Position numbers and translations under genes: made by a program. The notes under the pieces are model-generated. The model was not told the DNA's origin. It ran no database searches and was given only the letters and a program-made list of their open reading frames with translations. From an uncultured Gammaproteobacteria bacterium (lineage in GTDB: Bacteria; Patescibacteriota; Microgenomatia; Levybacterales; UBA12049), in NCBI GenBank assembly GCA_964571255.1, contig CAZNAA010000001.1, positions 359,674 to 423,673 of the forward strand: a stretch of 64,000 nucleotides of DNA, given 5' to 3'. Below, piece by piece: positions 50,657 to 60,955 of this stretch (positions within the stretch are counted from its first letter, which is position 1; each line of letters opens with the position of its first letter).

Positions 50657-51273
50657 TTTTTTGAAAAGACAATATAGTCCAAACCTTTTTTAGGAAGATG
50701 AATATATTTGTCGATTATACCACGCTCCTTGCCTAAAAGTTTTTTATAGTTATGAATAAATGTATATTCGTTTCCCCCGTAATTTTGTTCAATAAAAATA
50801 CAGTATTTTTTTGATACTCTAATGCATTCATGAATACTTTTTTTAACTTGTTCTCTTGAAACATGCATCAATACTCCATGAGTGAAAACAAGATCAAACT
50901 GATTATTTTTAAATGGGAGTGAAGAAACATCTGCCTGTTTTAAAGTAACAGGAGACGGAAGATATGTTTTTGCCTTTTGTAGCATTACTTTACTAATATC
51001 AACTCCCGTAATAGAGGAAGGGTCATATTTTTTCTCCAGAAGAAATTTAATATTGCGTCCAAATCCACACCCTACTTCAAGAAATGAAGTAGGTTTTATT
51101 CTTTTTATTTCTTCTAAAAACCACTTGTGTTGAGAGTGGAGTTTTACTTGCCAGGGATCATCCATAAAGGTATGTCCCCAAGAATTCCAAAACTCTTGCG
51201 GTTTATATCCTCCTTTTATATACCAAAGCACTTTTTTGACCAATTTTATTAGAAAAATAATTCCTCGTTTCAT
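50653..51273 (-). CDS. class I SAM-dependent methyltransferase
   Basis: The motif I reads LEVGCGFGRNIKFL. Confidence 0.8.
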   Translation of the reverse strand: MKRGIIFLIKLVKKVLWYIKGGYKPQEFWNSWGHTFMDDPWQVKLHSQHKWFLEEIKRIKPTSFLEVGCGFGRNIKFLLEKKYDPSSITGVDISKVMLQKAKTYLPSPVTLKQADVSSLPFKNNQFDLVFTHGVLMHVSREQVKKSIHECIRVSKKYCIFIEQNYGGNEYTFIHNYKKLLGKERGIIDKYIHLPKKGLDYIVFSKK

Positions 51274-51274
51274 A

Positions 51275-52396
51275 TCATTTAGTGTAGGTGGTTTTAGAAA
51301 CGTAGGAAAGGAGTGTTTTAAACCTATTCTGATATGTATGCTGCTTTAATACTCTTTTATATCCTTTTAGAGCAATTTCCTCCCTCTCTTTCTTATGAGA
51401 TAGGTAATAACGAATTTTTTGTTTTAAATCTTTTAGCGACGAATATACTACAATATCTTCTCCATCAGTAAAATATTTTGGATTAAGCTTATCAATCAGT
51501 TGAAATGCTCCACATGCAGGAATTTCAAAGGTTCGCAAGTTTCCACCAGCAATCATATCAGGCTGGAGATTCAAAGCAATTTTTGTTACGGAATAGATCT
51601 TAAACATTTTCTCCCCCGTTGCTCTTCCTTGATAAAAAGGTTTTAGCTGAGGAGATAAATCAATTCCTGGCATAATCTCTCCCCATATCTTTAAAGGCAG
51701 TGAAGTTAACTCTAGAAGCGTTTTTTGTCTTAATGGAGTAAGTCCACCCACAAAGCAAACATCTGATGCTAGCTCTTTTTGTTCGTTTTTTGAAAGTATC
51801 TGTTTTTTGTGAAAATTAGGACTAATTGCCGAAACAGGAAGCTCGATAGCTTTTTTTGCACCTAATTTTATCCAATTAAGAGCAAATCCTTTGTCATTTG
51901 AAAAAATGATATCAAACACTCCTTTTTTTACTGCGTTTTTTTCTGCAGGAGGAGATGCAACAAGTGGATTAATTCCTGAGAGAAGATATAAAGGAGCAGA
52001 AACTATTTTCTTTATCATCCAAAACGTTTCAGGGAAAATATTCCATCCACCTCCAGAAACTAAAATGAGATCTGGTTTTTCTTTTATGACAAAAAGCAGT
52101 AACGAAATATTCTTTGCTACATTTTCTAGAGAGATAAAATAATAGGTAGATAACTTTCTCTGAATTCTTCCCATCCAGACAGGAAAATACTTATTCAGCT
52201 TCTCTTGGAGAGCCACCCGAAACGTATTAGGAAGTAAGATACTATCTGTATATTTCCAAGCCACAACAGTTTGGCCTAGTGACTCAAGTGCTTCACACCA
52301 AAAATATTGTCCTTGTCCTTTAGGAAAGAAACTTGATTGTTTTTTAGAAAAATATTCTTTTTCTCTATGATTTGGTCCGATGATGAGTGTTTTCAT
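51275..52396 (-). CDS. CgeB-like glycosyltransferase family protein (DUF3880 plus GT1-like C-terminus)
   Basis: The 373-aa product has a C-terminal segment E.GLK..F typical of CgeB-like GTs. The assignment is by overall resemblance only. Confidence 0.5.
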   Translation of the reverse strand: MKTLIIGPNHREKEYFSKKQSSFFPKGQGQYFWCEALESLGQTVVAWKYTDSILLPNTFRVALQEKLNKYFPVWMGRIQRKLSTYYFISLENVAKNISLLLFVIKEKPDLILVSGGGWNIFPETFWMIKKIVSAPLYLLSGINPLVASPPAEKNAVKKGVFDIIFSNDKGFALNWIKLGAKKAIELPVSAISPNFHKKQILSKNEQKELASDVCFVGGLTPLRQKTLLELTSLPLKIWGEIMPGIDLSPQLKPFYQGRATGEKMFKIYSVTKIALNLQPDMIAGGNLRTFEIPACGAFQLIDKLNPKYFTDGEDIVVYSSLKDLKQKIRYYLSHKKEREEIALKGYKRVLKQHTYQNRFKTLLSYVSKTTYTK

Positions 52397-53627
52397 TTGG
52401 ATGATATTGTTTTAAAAGGATTATTACAACAAGTGCATAAATCATAAACATAATAGCTTGAGTCAGTACATTTGATATTGATGCTCCCCATTCTCCAAAC
52501 CGTGGAATTAATAATACGTTCAAGATAATATTAATGAGTGCTGTTATTATACTTATCCCCAAATAGACGTATTGCTTGTTAATAATAATAAGTATTTTAT
52601 ATAATAATGCCGAAAGAGCAGCAAAAGGGACAAACCAGATGACAACACGAAGTAAAGGAATAGCTTCTGTGTATTTATCTCCAAAAAGTAAGGTAATATA
52701 ATCAGCAAAGAAGAAAAAGAAAAGACTAGCAGGAATACTCCAAAGTAAAATGATTCCAAGAGATTTTTTAATATGTGATACAAACTTTTCTTTATCCTGT
52801 GCTATTCGAGTAAGTGCTGGAAAAACAGCAACCATAAAAGGGACATTTAATAGTTGAATAAGAGCAAGAGGAAATGGCGTTGCTGCACTATATAACCCCA
52901 CTGCTCTCTCCCCTGCAATACTATGAAGAATTACTGAATCGATTCGAGAGTAAATAAGCGCAGCAAAAGCTGCAAGGCCTAAAGGTAGTCCCTCTAAAAA
53001 TAAGTGCTTCACCATTTTTTCAGAATAAGAAAATTTTGGAATAGTAAACCATTTGAGTAGTACAATCCAATTTAAGATAGTACAAAGCAGAGTTCCTATC
53101 AGAAGACCAATAAATACTCCAACTAGCCCTCCACTTCTCTCTCCAATAAATGCCCCACCAAGTGAAAAAATGGTATTAAGTGTATTGAAAAAAGCTGAAT
53201 ATTCCATTTTTTCCATTCCATCGAAGTAATACACCGCAACAGATCGAATAGTTGAAACAAGCAGAGTAAGAGCAGCTAGAAAAAGTAATATTTGAATATC
53301 AAGAGAATACCCCAAGAAGAAAGCTAGAATCGAAATAAGAAAAAGTGTTATTAGAGATAGAAAAGAATTAAGAATAAACGCATTTCCTAAAATAAGAGGG
53401 ATATTTTTTTTATTTTTTGCAATTTCACGAATAACAATAAGTCCTACCCCAAAATCCGGAAGAAACGAGAAAATTCCAATAAAAGAATGTACAAAATTAT
53501 ACCTTCCAAATCGTTCAATGTCAGGTGGTGCTAAATATAAAATCCACAATAAACCTGAAAATTTAATGAGTATTCCAGACAGCACAAGAAAAGATGTATT
53601 ACGAAAAACAAGGAAAAAGTTGTTCAC
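52365..53627 (-). CDS. polysaccharide biosynthesis / oligosaccharide flippase (Wzx/MOP superfamily)
   Basis: The 420-aa product has about 12 TM helices. Its pattern is typical of Wzx-like proteins. Confidence 0.7.
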   Translation of the reverse strand: MNNFFLVFRNTSFLVLSGILIKFSGLLWILYLAPPDIERFGRYNFVHSFIGIFSFLPDFGVGLIVIREIAKNKKNIPLILGNAFILNSFLSLITLFLISILAFFLGYSLDIQILLFLAALTLLVSTIRSVAVYYFDGMEKMEYSAFFNTLNTIFSLGGAFIGERSGGLVGVFIGLLIGTLLCTILNWIVLLKWFTIPKFSYSEKMVKHLFLEGLPLGLAAFAALIYSRIDSVILHSIAGERAVGLYSAATPFPLALIQLLNVPFMVAVFPALTRIAQDKEKFVSHIKKSLGIILLWSIPASLFFFFFADYITLLFGDKYTEAIPLLRVVIWFVPFAALSALLYKILIIINKQYVYLGISIITALINIILNVLLIPRFGEWGASISNVLTQAIMFMIYALVVIILLKQYHPNENTHHRTKS

Positions 53628-54733
53628 GATTTATATTTTCTAATAGTTGAGATGATATATTCAATCTCCTCATTTGTTAAATGAGGATGGAATGGAAGAA
53701 GAAGAATTCTTTTCCAAACTTTCTCAGTTACGGGAATATCGGCACTAAAATCTTTATACATATCGTAATGGTTATTAGGTATATAATGAACAGTCGTAGC
53801 AATTTTCTTATTTGCCAGATACGTTGCTAATTGATTTCTTTTTGGGACTTTAATACAGAAATTATGCAGAGCACTTTGTGCATACTCTCTTTCTAATGGT
53901 AACTCGACCCAAGAAAGATCTTTTAACCCTTCCTGATACATTTCATAGATCTCCCTTTTTCTCTTTAAAATCGATGGATATCTTTTTAACTGAACTAAAG
54001 CAATTGCTGAGAGGATATCGTTAGGATGATATTTAAACCCTAGCTCTTCAACAGAGTAATACCACGAGTATTTTGTTTTTGAAGTTCTCTTCCATGTATC
54101 TTTGGAAATCCCCATCCATCTGAGTCGTCTAAAAAGTTCAGCATCTCTTTTCTTCTTAGTATAAATTGCTCCTCCGTCTGCCATCGCAACTCCTTTAATA
54201 GCATGAAACGAATAACAGCCAAAATCTCCTAAAGTTCCTAAAGGTTTTCCTTTATAAAATCCTCCAAGTCCATGAGCGTTATCTTCAATTACTACTATTC
54301 CTTTTTCCTTAGCAACTTTTAAAATTGGATCCATATCCACCGCATGTCCTCCATAGTGTACAACCGTAATTGCTTTTGTTTTTTTTGTGATCTTTTTTAA
54401 AATATCTTGAGGATCGGCACAAAGAGTAACTGGATCTACATCACAAAACACAGGAGTTCCTTTTTGATACAAAACAACATGATTGGTTGAAACAAAGGTG
54501 AGTGCAGGAGTGATAACTTCATCTCCTTCGGTAATTCCTGCTCCTATCATTGCGAGATGAAGTGCAGCTGTAGCTGAGTTTGTAGCTATGATATGTTGCT
54601 TGCCAATATACTCTTCTAATTTTTTCTCAAATTCATCTGTTTTTGGTCCCAATCCAATCCATCCTGACCTGATAACTTCTGCTGCTCCAGCAATCTCTTC
54701 ATCAAACATGTAAGGTTTAAAGACTTGAATCAT
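53624..54733 (-). CDS. DegT/DnrJ/EryC1/StrS family PLP-dependent sugar aminotransferase
   Basis: The N-terminus is EEIAGAAEVIRSGWIGLGPKTDEFEKKL. The PLP lysine region is SFHAIKGV. Confidence 0.9.
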   Translation of the reverse strand: MIQVFKPYMFDEEIAGAAEVIRSGWIGLGPKTDEFEKKLEEYIGKQHIIATNSATAALHLAMIGAGITEGDEVITPALTFVSTNHVVLYQKGTPVFCDVDPVTLCADPQDILKKITKKTKAITVVHYGGHAVDMDPILKVAKEKGIVVIEDNAHGLGGFYKGKPLGTLGDFGCYSFHAIKGVAMADGGAIYTKKKRDAELFRRLRWMGISKDTWKRTSKTKYSWYYSVEELGFKYHPNDILSAIALVQLKRYPSILKRKREIYEMYQEGLKDLSWVELPLEREYAQSALHNFCIKVPKRNQLATYLANKKIATTVHYIPNNHYDMYKDFSADIPVTEKVWKRILLLPFHPHLTNEEIEYIISTIRKYKS

Positions 54734-54751
54734 ATCGTGATTATAACACCC

Positions 54752-55996
54752 CTATTTTGCTCTACTTGGTACCTGAAATGCAAGAGAGAAAAGAAGAAAA
54801 AGACTAAAAGGCAGAGAAAGAGAGCTTCCTAAAAGTGCTGCATATGCTGCACCTTTCATTCCAAAAAAAGAGATAAATGGAAAAATACTTAAAAGGAGTC
54901 CTGCTAAACTAATACTCGTAACGAGTGAGACTAAATCTTGTCGTATCTTGGAGAGGAAAATAGTATTGTTAATAACAATGATGCTCCGAACTATACAAAG
55001 AATAAAAAGAACACGAAGTGTATCACTTCCTCCAACCCAAGAAGGACCTAAAAAGATAGTAATAAGTTGAGTTGAGAAAAATGAAAGGAGGAGGCAAACT
55101 GGAATAATAATCAAAAGGACAGTTCCAATTGTTTTTTGTATTGCCTTTAGGAAACGTTTTCTATCGTCTTCTATTTGTACCAAAATAGGAAGAGCCGTTC
55201 GACTAATCACATCTGAAAATTCTGTTAATGGAACAACAGACAACTTATATACCGTATCATAGACTCCAAGAGTTGATATACCAAGTAGCTTTCCAACAAT
55301 AATCGTGTCTATATTTTGGAAAAGATATAAAAGAATTCCACTAAGAGTAAGCCATTTCCCATGTTTAAAGATATCTTTCCCAATCTCTCTCTCAAAAGAG
55401 AATGACGGATGAGGAGTAATGAGTAAGAAAGAAAGAATTACTTCATATAATACCCCAACCATTACTCCAAGTACCATTCCTAAGGCAGATTGGAAATATA
55501 AGACAAAAAGAATAGTAAATACTGACTCTACAAAAAAGTTGGAGGCTCTGTATAAAAATTCCTTTTCAAAATGAAGGTTTTTCGTAAAAGAAACAATTGC
55601 TGGATTAATAAAGCCACGAAGAAAAGGTATAGCAGCAACAAAAAGAAGAAGATTATATACTTCCTGTTTTTCAAAAAAAGTAGCAATAAGCGGAGCAAAA
55701 AGAAGAATGAAAAGAGAAATAACTATGCCTCGTATAATAGAAATTACCCAGGCAGTGTTGATATACTTTTCAATTGATTCTTTCTTTTGAATCAGATACA
55801 CATTAATTCCGGTTTCTGTGATAATTTCCAAAAAGGCAAGAGTTATTGCGGCTATACTAAATAAGCCTATATCCTGTTGATCAAGACCAATCACACGGAT
55901 AATAATATAGAGTCTAAAAAAAGATATCGCTCTTAGGGCAATACGTAATCCTCCAAGCCATGATACGCCTTTTACTGCGTCTTTTGTGTATCCCAT
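54752..55996 (-). CDS. oligosaccharide flippase family protein (Wzx/MurJ-like, MOP superfamily)
   Basis: The 414-aa product has about 12 TM helices. This is a second flippase paralog in the cluster. Confidence 0.7.
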   Translation of the reverse strand: MGYTKDAVKGVSWLGGLRIALRAISFFRLYIIIRVIGLDQQDIGLFSIAAITLAFLEIITETGINVYLIQKKESIEKYINTAWVISIIRGIVISLFILLFAPLIATFFEKQEVYNLLLFVAAIPFLRGFINPAIVSFTKNLHFEKEFLYRASNFFVESVFTILFVLYFQSALGMVLGVMVGVLYEVILSFLLITPHPSFSFEREIGKDIFKHGKWLTLSGILLYLFQNIDTIIVGKLLGISTLGVYDTVYKLSVVPLTEFSDVISRTALPILVQIEDDRKRFLKAIQKTIGTVLLIIIPVCLLLSFFSTQLITIFLGPSWVGGSDTLRVLFILCIVRSIIVINNTIFLSKIRQDLVSLVTSISLAGLLLSIFPFISFFGMKGAAYAALLGSSLSLPFSLFLLFSLAFQVPSRAK

Positions 55997-56928
55997 CTCT
56001 TTATTGTACCCCCAATCGTTCCTGAAAGTACAGCAAGATCAGCTATGTATTGAAGAGATATGAGCCAAAAAAAAGCTTTTACTCCTTTTATATATCTATT
56101 GTTTTTCATTCCTGCCCAAAGAGAATAAAAAAGGAGAAGAATAAGGATAAATGACCAAGAAAGGACTCCAGACATTACGGCAGAAACTAAAAGAGCACCC
56201 CAGAGATATCGTATAAATAAAAGGATAACTTTAGTTCTCAATACGCCTGATTCTGCATCTCCATAAGCAAATCGCCAAAACATAATAAAGGACTGCTTAA
56301 TCGATGTTCGAGGATACCAATAGACTATTGCCCTCTTATTGAACACAAAATTAACTCCTTTTTTCTTAAGTCTATTTGCAAACTCGTAATCTTCATTGTG
56401 CGAGTATTTCTCACTAAATCCCCCGCTTTTCTCCCATACTTTCTTTTTTATTCCCATAGATCTGGTTGCAGGGAGAAAATGAGATTCATCTACTCTATCT
56501 GGCATTACTAAAACAAAAGGAATTAATGCATCTTGAAACGCAGAAAATGATTTCCCTTGATAATATCCAGCCACCACCTCATTTTCTTCCTCAACAAACG
56601 ATTTTTTCATTTCTTTAACCCAATCCTTCTCTAACTCACACCCTGCATCAGAAATAAGAATAAATGGATTTTTTGCTCTTTTAATTGCTTCATTTCTCCC
56701 AACAGATCTATTCCCTTTTTTTATTAGGTATTGATACTCAATTTCTTTTTCTTTAAATAGCGGGGAGTATTCTTTAAGAATATTCTCCGTTTCATCAGTT
56801 GATCCCCCATCAACAATAATTACTTCCTCTGGGAGAATTGATTGAGATAGCACAGAATCTAGTAATCGAGAGAGTGTTTTTTCCTCATTAAAAATAGTTG
56901 CAATAAAAGAAACTGTTATTTTTCCCAT
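55972..56928 (-). CDS. family 2 glycosyltransferase with C-terminal TM helices
   Basis: The motifs are VSFIATIFNEEKTL and IIVDGGSTDET. A C-terminal hydrophobic anchor is present. Confidence 0.8.
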   Translation of the reverse strand: MGKITVSFIATIFNEEKTLSRLLDSVLSQSILPEEVIIVDGGSTDETENILKEYSPLFKEKEIEYQYLIKKGNRSVGRNEAIKRAKNPFILISDAGCELEKDWVKEMKKSFVEEENEVVAGYYQGKSFSAFQDALIPFVLVMPDRVDESHFLPATRSMGIKKKVWEKSGGFSEKYSHNEDYEFANRLKKKGVNFVFNKRAIVYWYPRTSIKQSFIMFWRFAYGDAESGVLRTKVILLFIRYLWGALLVSAVMSGVLSWSFILILLLFYSLWAGMKNNRYIKGVKAFFWLISLQYIADLAVLSGTIGGTIKRWDTQKTQ

Positions 56929-57910
56929 AATTGTTCATACTGATTGACTAAGTGACTCCAAGATTGAGTATCCACCCATTCTTTCCCTTTCTGTATCAAG
57001 TCTTGTAATTTTTTTTTATCTTTTAAGAGTGTAACTAGTTTTTTCGAAATGTCTTGTGCAGTTTCCCCAATTACAATCCAGTCTTTAAAAGGAGACATGT
57101 ATAGATAATCTTTTTTTAACGGATTATCATATATAGAAACCACTATCTTCTGATGATTTAAACTATCAAGAATAGAAAGATAGGAAGAGACAAAAAGAAT
57201 ATCATGAGAATCAATAATAGAATCAACATCTGTTGTTATTCCTTGTAAGTTTCCAATCATTATTTGATTTTTCAAACTTCCTTCACCATAAATATTAAAC
57301 TCACACTTAATTCCTTGGTTTTTAAGCAAACTTATAACTCCACAGTACTGTAATATACTCGTGTCTTTTTCTAATCTTCCAATAAATGCAATTTTCAATT
57401 TCCTTGTTTTCATTTTTAAATTGGATGAACTCCCCCATAAGAGATCACATCTGCTTTTGTTCCATACCATTTCTCTATAAAAGCTCCAATACAGATATTT
57501 CCTCTCGAAAGAAGTTCACTCAGTTTTCTTATTTGTATTGCTTTCCTATGTGGAGGATATATTGTTTCATACCCATGAAAAGTGGTATATACTTTTTTCT
57601 TTAAAAAGATAAAGGGAAGATACCAGAAAAAAACGTCGTGACAATGTATGATATCAGCGTCCTTAATTAATGAGAAATTCTTAAGGAGCCAGTACCATAT
57701 TTGAAACTTTTTAAACCATGTCTGTGTTACTGGTATTCTATAGACATCAATCTCATCAAATTTCTCTTTTGAAGAAGTACCATCTAAGTCTTCTGTAATA
57801 ACAGTAACTTTATGACCTCGTTTAATAAGCTCTTTACTAATTTCTAAAACGTGCTTTTCTACACCACCTATGTGAGGGAAAAAAAGGCGGGTAAAAAAGA
57901 GAATTTTCAT
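56916..57910 (-). pseudogene. GT4 (group 1) glycosyltransferase split by a frameshift into N-domain (57416-57910) and C-domain (56916-57470) ORFs
   Basis: The upstream ORF has the Glyco_transf_4 N-terminal domain (ILFFTRLFFPHIGGVEKH). The downstream ORF has the GT1 C-terminal domain (KIAFIGRLEKD). The two overlap by 55 nt in different frames around a C5/G5 homopolymer at ~57432-57436. Confidence 0.55.
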
Positions 57911-58650
57911 GGTTTTTGAAGAATCACAAAAATATCAGAGGCTCCAAAAAGCTTTACACTTACATCATCTAAATAACTTACAATATCTGACAGAAAATAT
58001 CGTATTAGCCTAACTAATTTTCCTGCACCATTATTAGTAAATAGAAAATTCCTTAATATACCTTCAGTTTCTTCGATATGAATCAGTTTGAACCCAACAC
58101 TTTGACAAAGTCTAGTTAATTCCTCTATATTATATCTTCTAACGTGTCCCACTCTTTTATCAAACTTTTCTAAGAGTCCCATTCTTTTGAGTGGAGCATT
58201 ATCTGAAGGAGTAGATAAAATAAGTATTCCTTTCCTACTTAGTAAGTTGAATATTTGTAGTAGTGCTTTTTTATCATCTTTTAAATGCTCAATGACTTCT
58301 AGCATAATAACCGCATCAAAATTTTGTGATAATCTTATTTTTTTATTTGAAAAATCTTCAACTTTAAAAGAAGTGATGTTAGTAAGTTTTAAATATTTGG
58401 CTGATTTTCTACAAGCATCTATTGCTTTTCTCGAGACATCTAGTCCTGTTATGTATTTGCCTTTAGACGCTAGGTAGAAAGATATAGTTCCCACTCCACA
58501 GCCAATGTCTAAAACACTATGTGTATTAGACAAATATTTATCTAATACTTTTATAATTATTCTGTATGTAAAATTCTGAGAATTTATAATTCTCCTTTGA
58601 ACTAATGGGTCTTTATGAAATAGTTCGTAATCAAATTTACTAGTCTTCAT
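57907..58650 (-). CDS. class I SAM-dependent methyltransferase
   Basis: The motif I reads VLDIGCGVGTISFYL. Confidence 0.8.
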   Translation of the reverse strand: MKTSKFDYELFHKDPLVQRRIINSQNFTYRIIIKVLDKYLSNTHSVLDIGCGVGTISFYLASKGKYITGLDVSRKAIDACRKSAKYLKLTNITSFKVEDFSNKKIRLSQNFDAVIMLEVIEHLKDDKKALLQIFNLLSRKGILILSTPSDNAPLKRMGLLEKFDKRVGHVRRYNIEELTRLCQSVGFKLIHIEETEGILRNFLFTNNGAGKLVRLIRYFLSDIVSYLDDVSVKLFGASDIFVILQKP

Positions 58651-58718
58651 TGTAATCAGAGTATATATTGTAAATATCCCATTGACAATATAAAAACAAA
58701 AGGAGTTATATTAATGTA

Positions 58719-60917
58719 ATGTCCCTTTTAAATAGGAACTGTTTATCTTTATTAGTATTTTTTCTACTAATTTCTTTCGTTCTCCCTTCAAATATTTTTG
58801 CCTCAGAAATTTTTTCAACATGGAATATTTCTCAAAACTTACCCTATCCACTCGCTAGTCATCAATCTATTAGTCATGATAATCAAGCACTTATATTTGG
58901 CGGATCAGTAGCTACGGGTAACAGTCATAACGAAATTGTCCTAGGAGTACCAGAAATAGATGGAGAAATAAATACCTGGAACTCTTCAGTCTTAGGAACT
59001 TCTCCCACCGCTTTAATCTGGCATTCAGTAGTTACAAAAGGAAATAATATATATATATTAGGAGGCAGAGAAGAAAATGAGGGAACTGTTAAAGATTCAG
59101 TAAATAAAACTTTTCGAGGAGTGATTAATAATAACACGATTTCATGGTCACCTTCCTCTTTTCTCCCTAAACCACTATCACTTGGAGCAACTGCAATTGT
59201 CGATAATAAAATCTATTTTGCAGGAGGATTTGCGGGAAACTTGTATAACAACAAAATCTATGTATCTAACATAGATAATACTGGAGAACTCTCTCAATGG
59301 ACTGAATCAGGTAATCTTCCTTCTGCGCTAATTGGTCACGGTTTAGTTGAAAAGAATGGAATGTTATATCTTATAGGTGGATATACAGGATCAACTTACT
59401 CAAAAAAAGTTTATAAGGCAACACCAGACAGTAATGGAATTATTTCAGCCTGGCAAGTACTTGAAGACCTCCCTACAGCAGTTTATAGAGGCGCATATGG
59501 CGTTAAAGATAACTATATATTTACTATTGCTGGAGGAGACATAAATGGCCAACTTGATAAAGTGTATTATTCCTCATTTAACCTAGATGGGACAGTGACT
59601 CCATGGACAACTAGTTCTTTTCTTGTTCCTGAAAAAATGACAGGTAGTTCAGCAACTATTGTTGGCGACTATATTTATTTAATTGGAGGCTTTAGTGATA
59701 ATACCGGTTACTTAGATACCGTTTACTACTCAAAATTATCTACATCTACAAACACTAATCTTCCAGTTCCTCTTTTAAAACAAACGGACCCGGTATGGAA
59801 AAATAGTACCTACGATAACGCACCTCTCTGGTCACCTGCAAATGTAACCATAGGATCATGGGGATGTGCTATCACCTCAGCTGCAATGGTTTTTCAATAT
59901 CATGGAATTAACAAGTTACCTAACAACGACTCATTAAACCCCGCTGCCATTAATTCATGGCTAAACTCACAGCCAGATGGATATGTAGAGAGTGGATGGG
60001 TAAACTGGATTGCCTTATCCCGTTTATCAAGACTTGCAAAACTATCAGGAAACAACCCATCCTTTGCTTTTGATGCTTTTGAATATACCAGATCTGGATT
60101 TGACACTACAGAATTGAAAGATAAACTTTCGCTACACCTACCTGGAATTTTAGAAGTACCGGGACACTTTATTGTTGCCAAAGGAACAACTGATACTTCG
60201 TTTCTCATTAATGATCCATATTATTCTCGAGACAAGTTGTCAGATGGGTATAATAACTCTTATACATCTTTAGGAACATTTACTCCTTCAAATACAGATC
60301 TCTCCTATATCCTCTTAACTTCTCCTAATTCTTTGTCGCTTAAGCTCAAAACAAGCAGTGAGAGCGCTATAATTACCTCTTTTACTCAACAACCAATAAG
60401 TAGCGCAACCCCTTCTGCAAAACCTGCGGGAAAGCCATTCACTATGCTACTCTCACCTAAACCACTATCAGGAAACTATCTTATTGAAATAACCGGTACC
60501 CCTAAAACACTTTATACTCTTCAAGTATATCTCTATGACTCACAAGGGGAGGTGCAAAAAATACCTATTACTGGATTTATTCCTTCAAACAGTCTAAATA
60601 CTGTCTCTTTTACTTACAATAATACTGGTTCCTCCTCTGCAAAAATTCAAAGACTCATTACCTTTAAATCAACACTAGAAGATATCCAAATAGGAACAAA
60701 TATGAAACTAATCAGCAAAGAAATCTCTCCTTCACTCACTCAACTCATCTCTAATGCTGAAATTCTTTCGAAGAAACAGTTAACAAAGACACAAGCGAAA
60801 CAGGTGCTTAAAACATTTGAAGATATTATAAATAAATGGAAAGGAACTCCTGCGCTTTCTGAAACTGCAGCTAAAATTCTCTTAGAAGACGTTTTGTTTC
60901 TTAAAACATCCTTTTAG
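58719..60917 (+). CDS. secreted multidomain protein with an N-terminal Kelch-type beta-propeller and a C39-like (Peptidase_C39_2) cysteine peptidase domain
   Basis: A signal peptide (LLVFFLLISFVLPSNIFASE) is present. There are at least 5 Kelch-like repeats (IYILGG, IYFAGG, LYLIGG, IFTIAGG, IYLIGG). The Cys/His dyad context is WGCAITSAAMVFQYHG ... GHFIVAKG. The C-terminal ~250 aa is beta-rich and unassigned. Confidence 0.7.
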   Translation: MSLLNRNCLSLLVFFLLISFVLPSNIFASEIFSTWNISQNLPYPLASHQSISHDNQALIFGGSVATGNSHNEIVLGVPEIDGEINTWNSSVLGTSPTALIWHSVVTKGNNIYILGGREENEGTVKDSVNKTFRGVINNNTISWSPSSFLPKPLSLGATAIVDNKIYFAGGFAGNLYNNKIYVSNIDNTGELSQWTESGNLPSALIGHGLVEKNGMLYLIGGYTGSTYSKKVYKATPDSNGIISAWQVLEDLPTAVYRGAYGVKDNYIFTIAGGDINGQLDKVYYSSFNLDGTVTPWTTSSFLVPEKMTGSSATIVGDYIYLIGGFSDNTGYLDTVYYSKLSTSTNTNLPVPLLKQTDPVWKNSTYDNAPLWSPANVTIGSWGCAITSAAMVFQYHGINKLPNNDSLNPAAINSWLNSQPDGYVESGWVNWIALSRLSRLAKLSGNNPSFAFDAFEYTRSGFDTTELKDKLSLHLPGILEVPGHFIVAKGTTDTSFLINDPYYSRDKLSDGYNNSYTSLGTFTPSNTDLSYILLTSPNSLSLKLKTSSESAIITSFTQQPISSATPSAKPAGKPFTMLLSPKPLSGNYLIEITGTPKTLYTLQVYLYDSQGEVQKIPITGFIPSNSLNTVSFTYNNTGSSSAKIQRLITFKSTLEDIQIGTNMKLISKEISPSLTQLISNAEILSKKQLTKTQAKQVLKTFEDIINKWKGTPALSETAAKILLEDVLFLKTSF

Positions 60918-60955
60918 TGCAAATTATCTCCAGATTACGTATAATATAGGTAATT

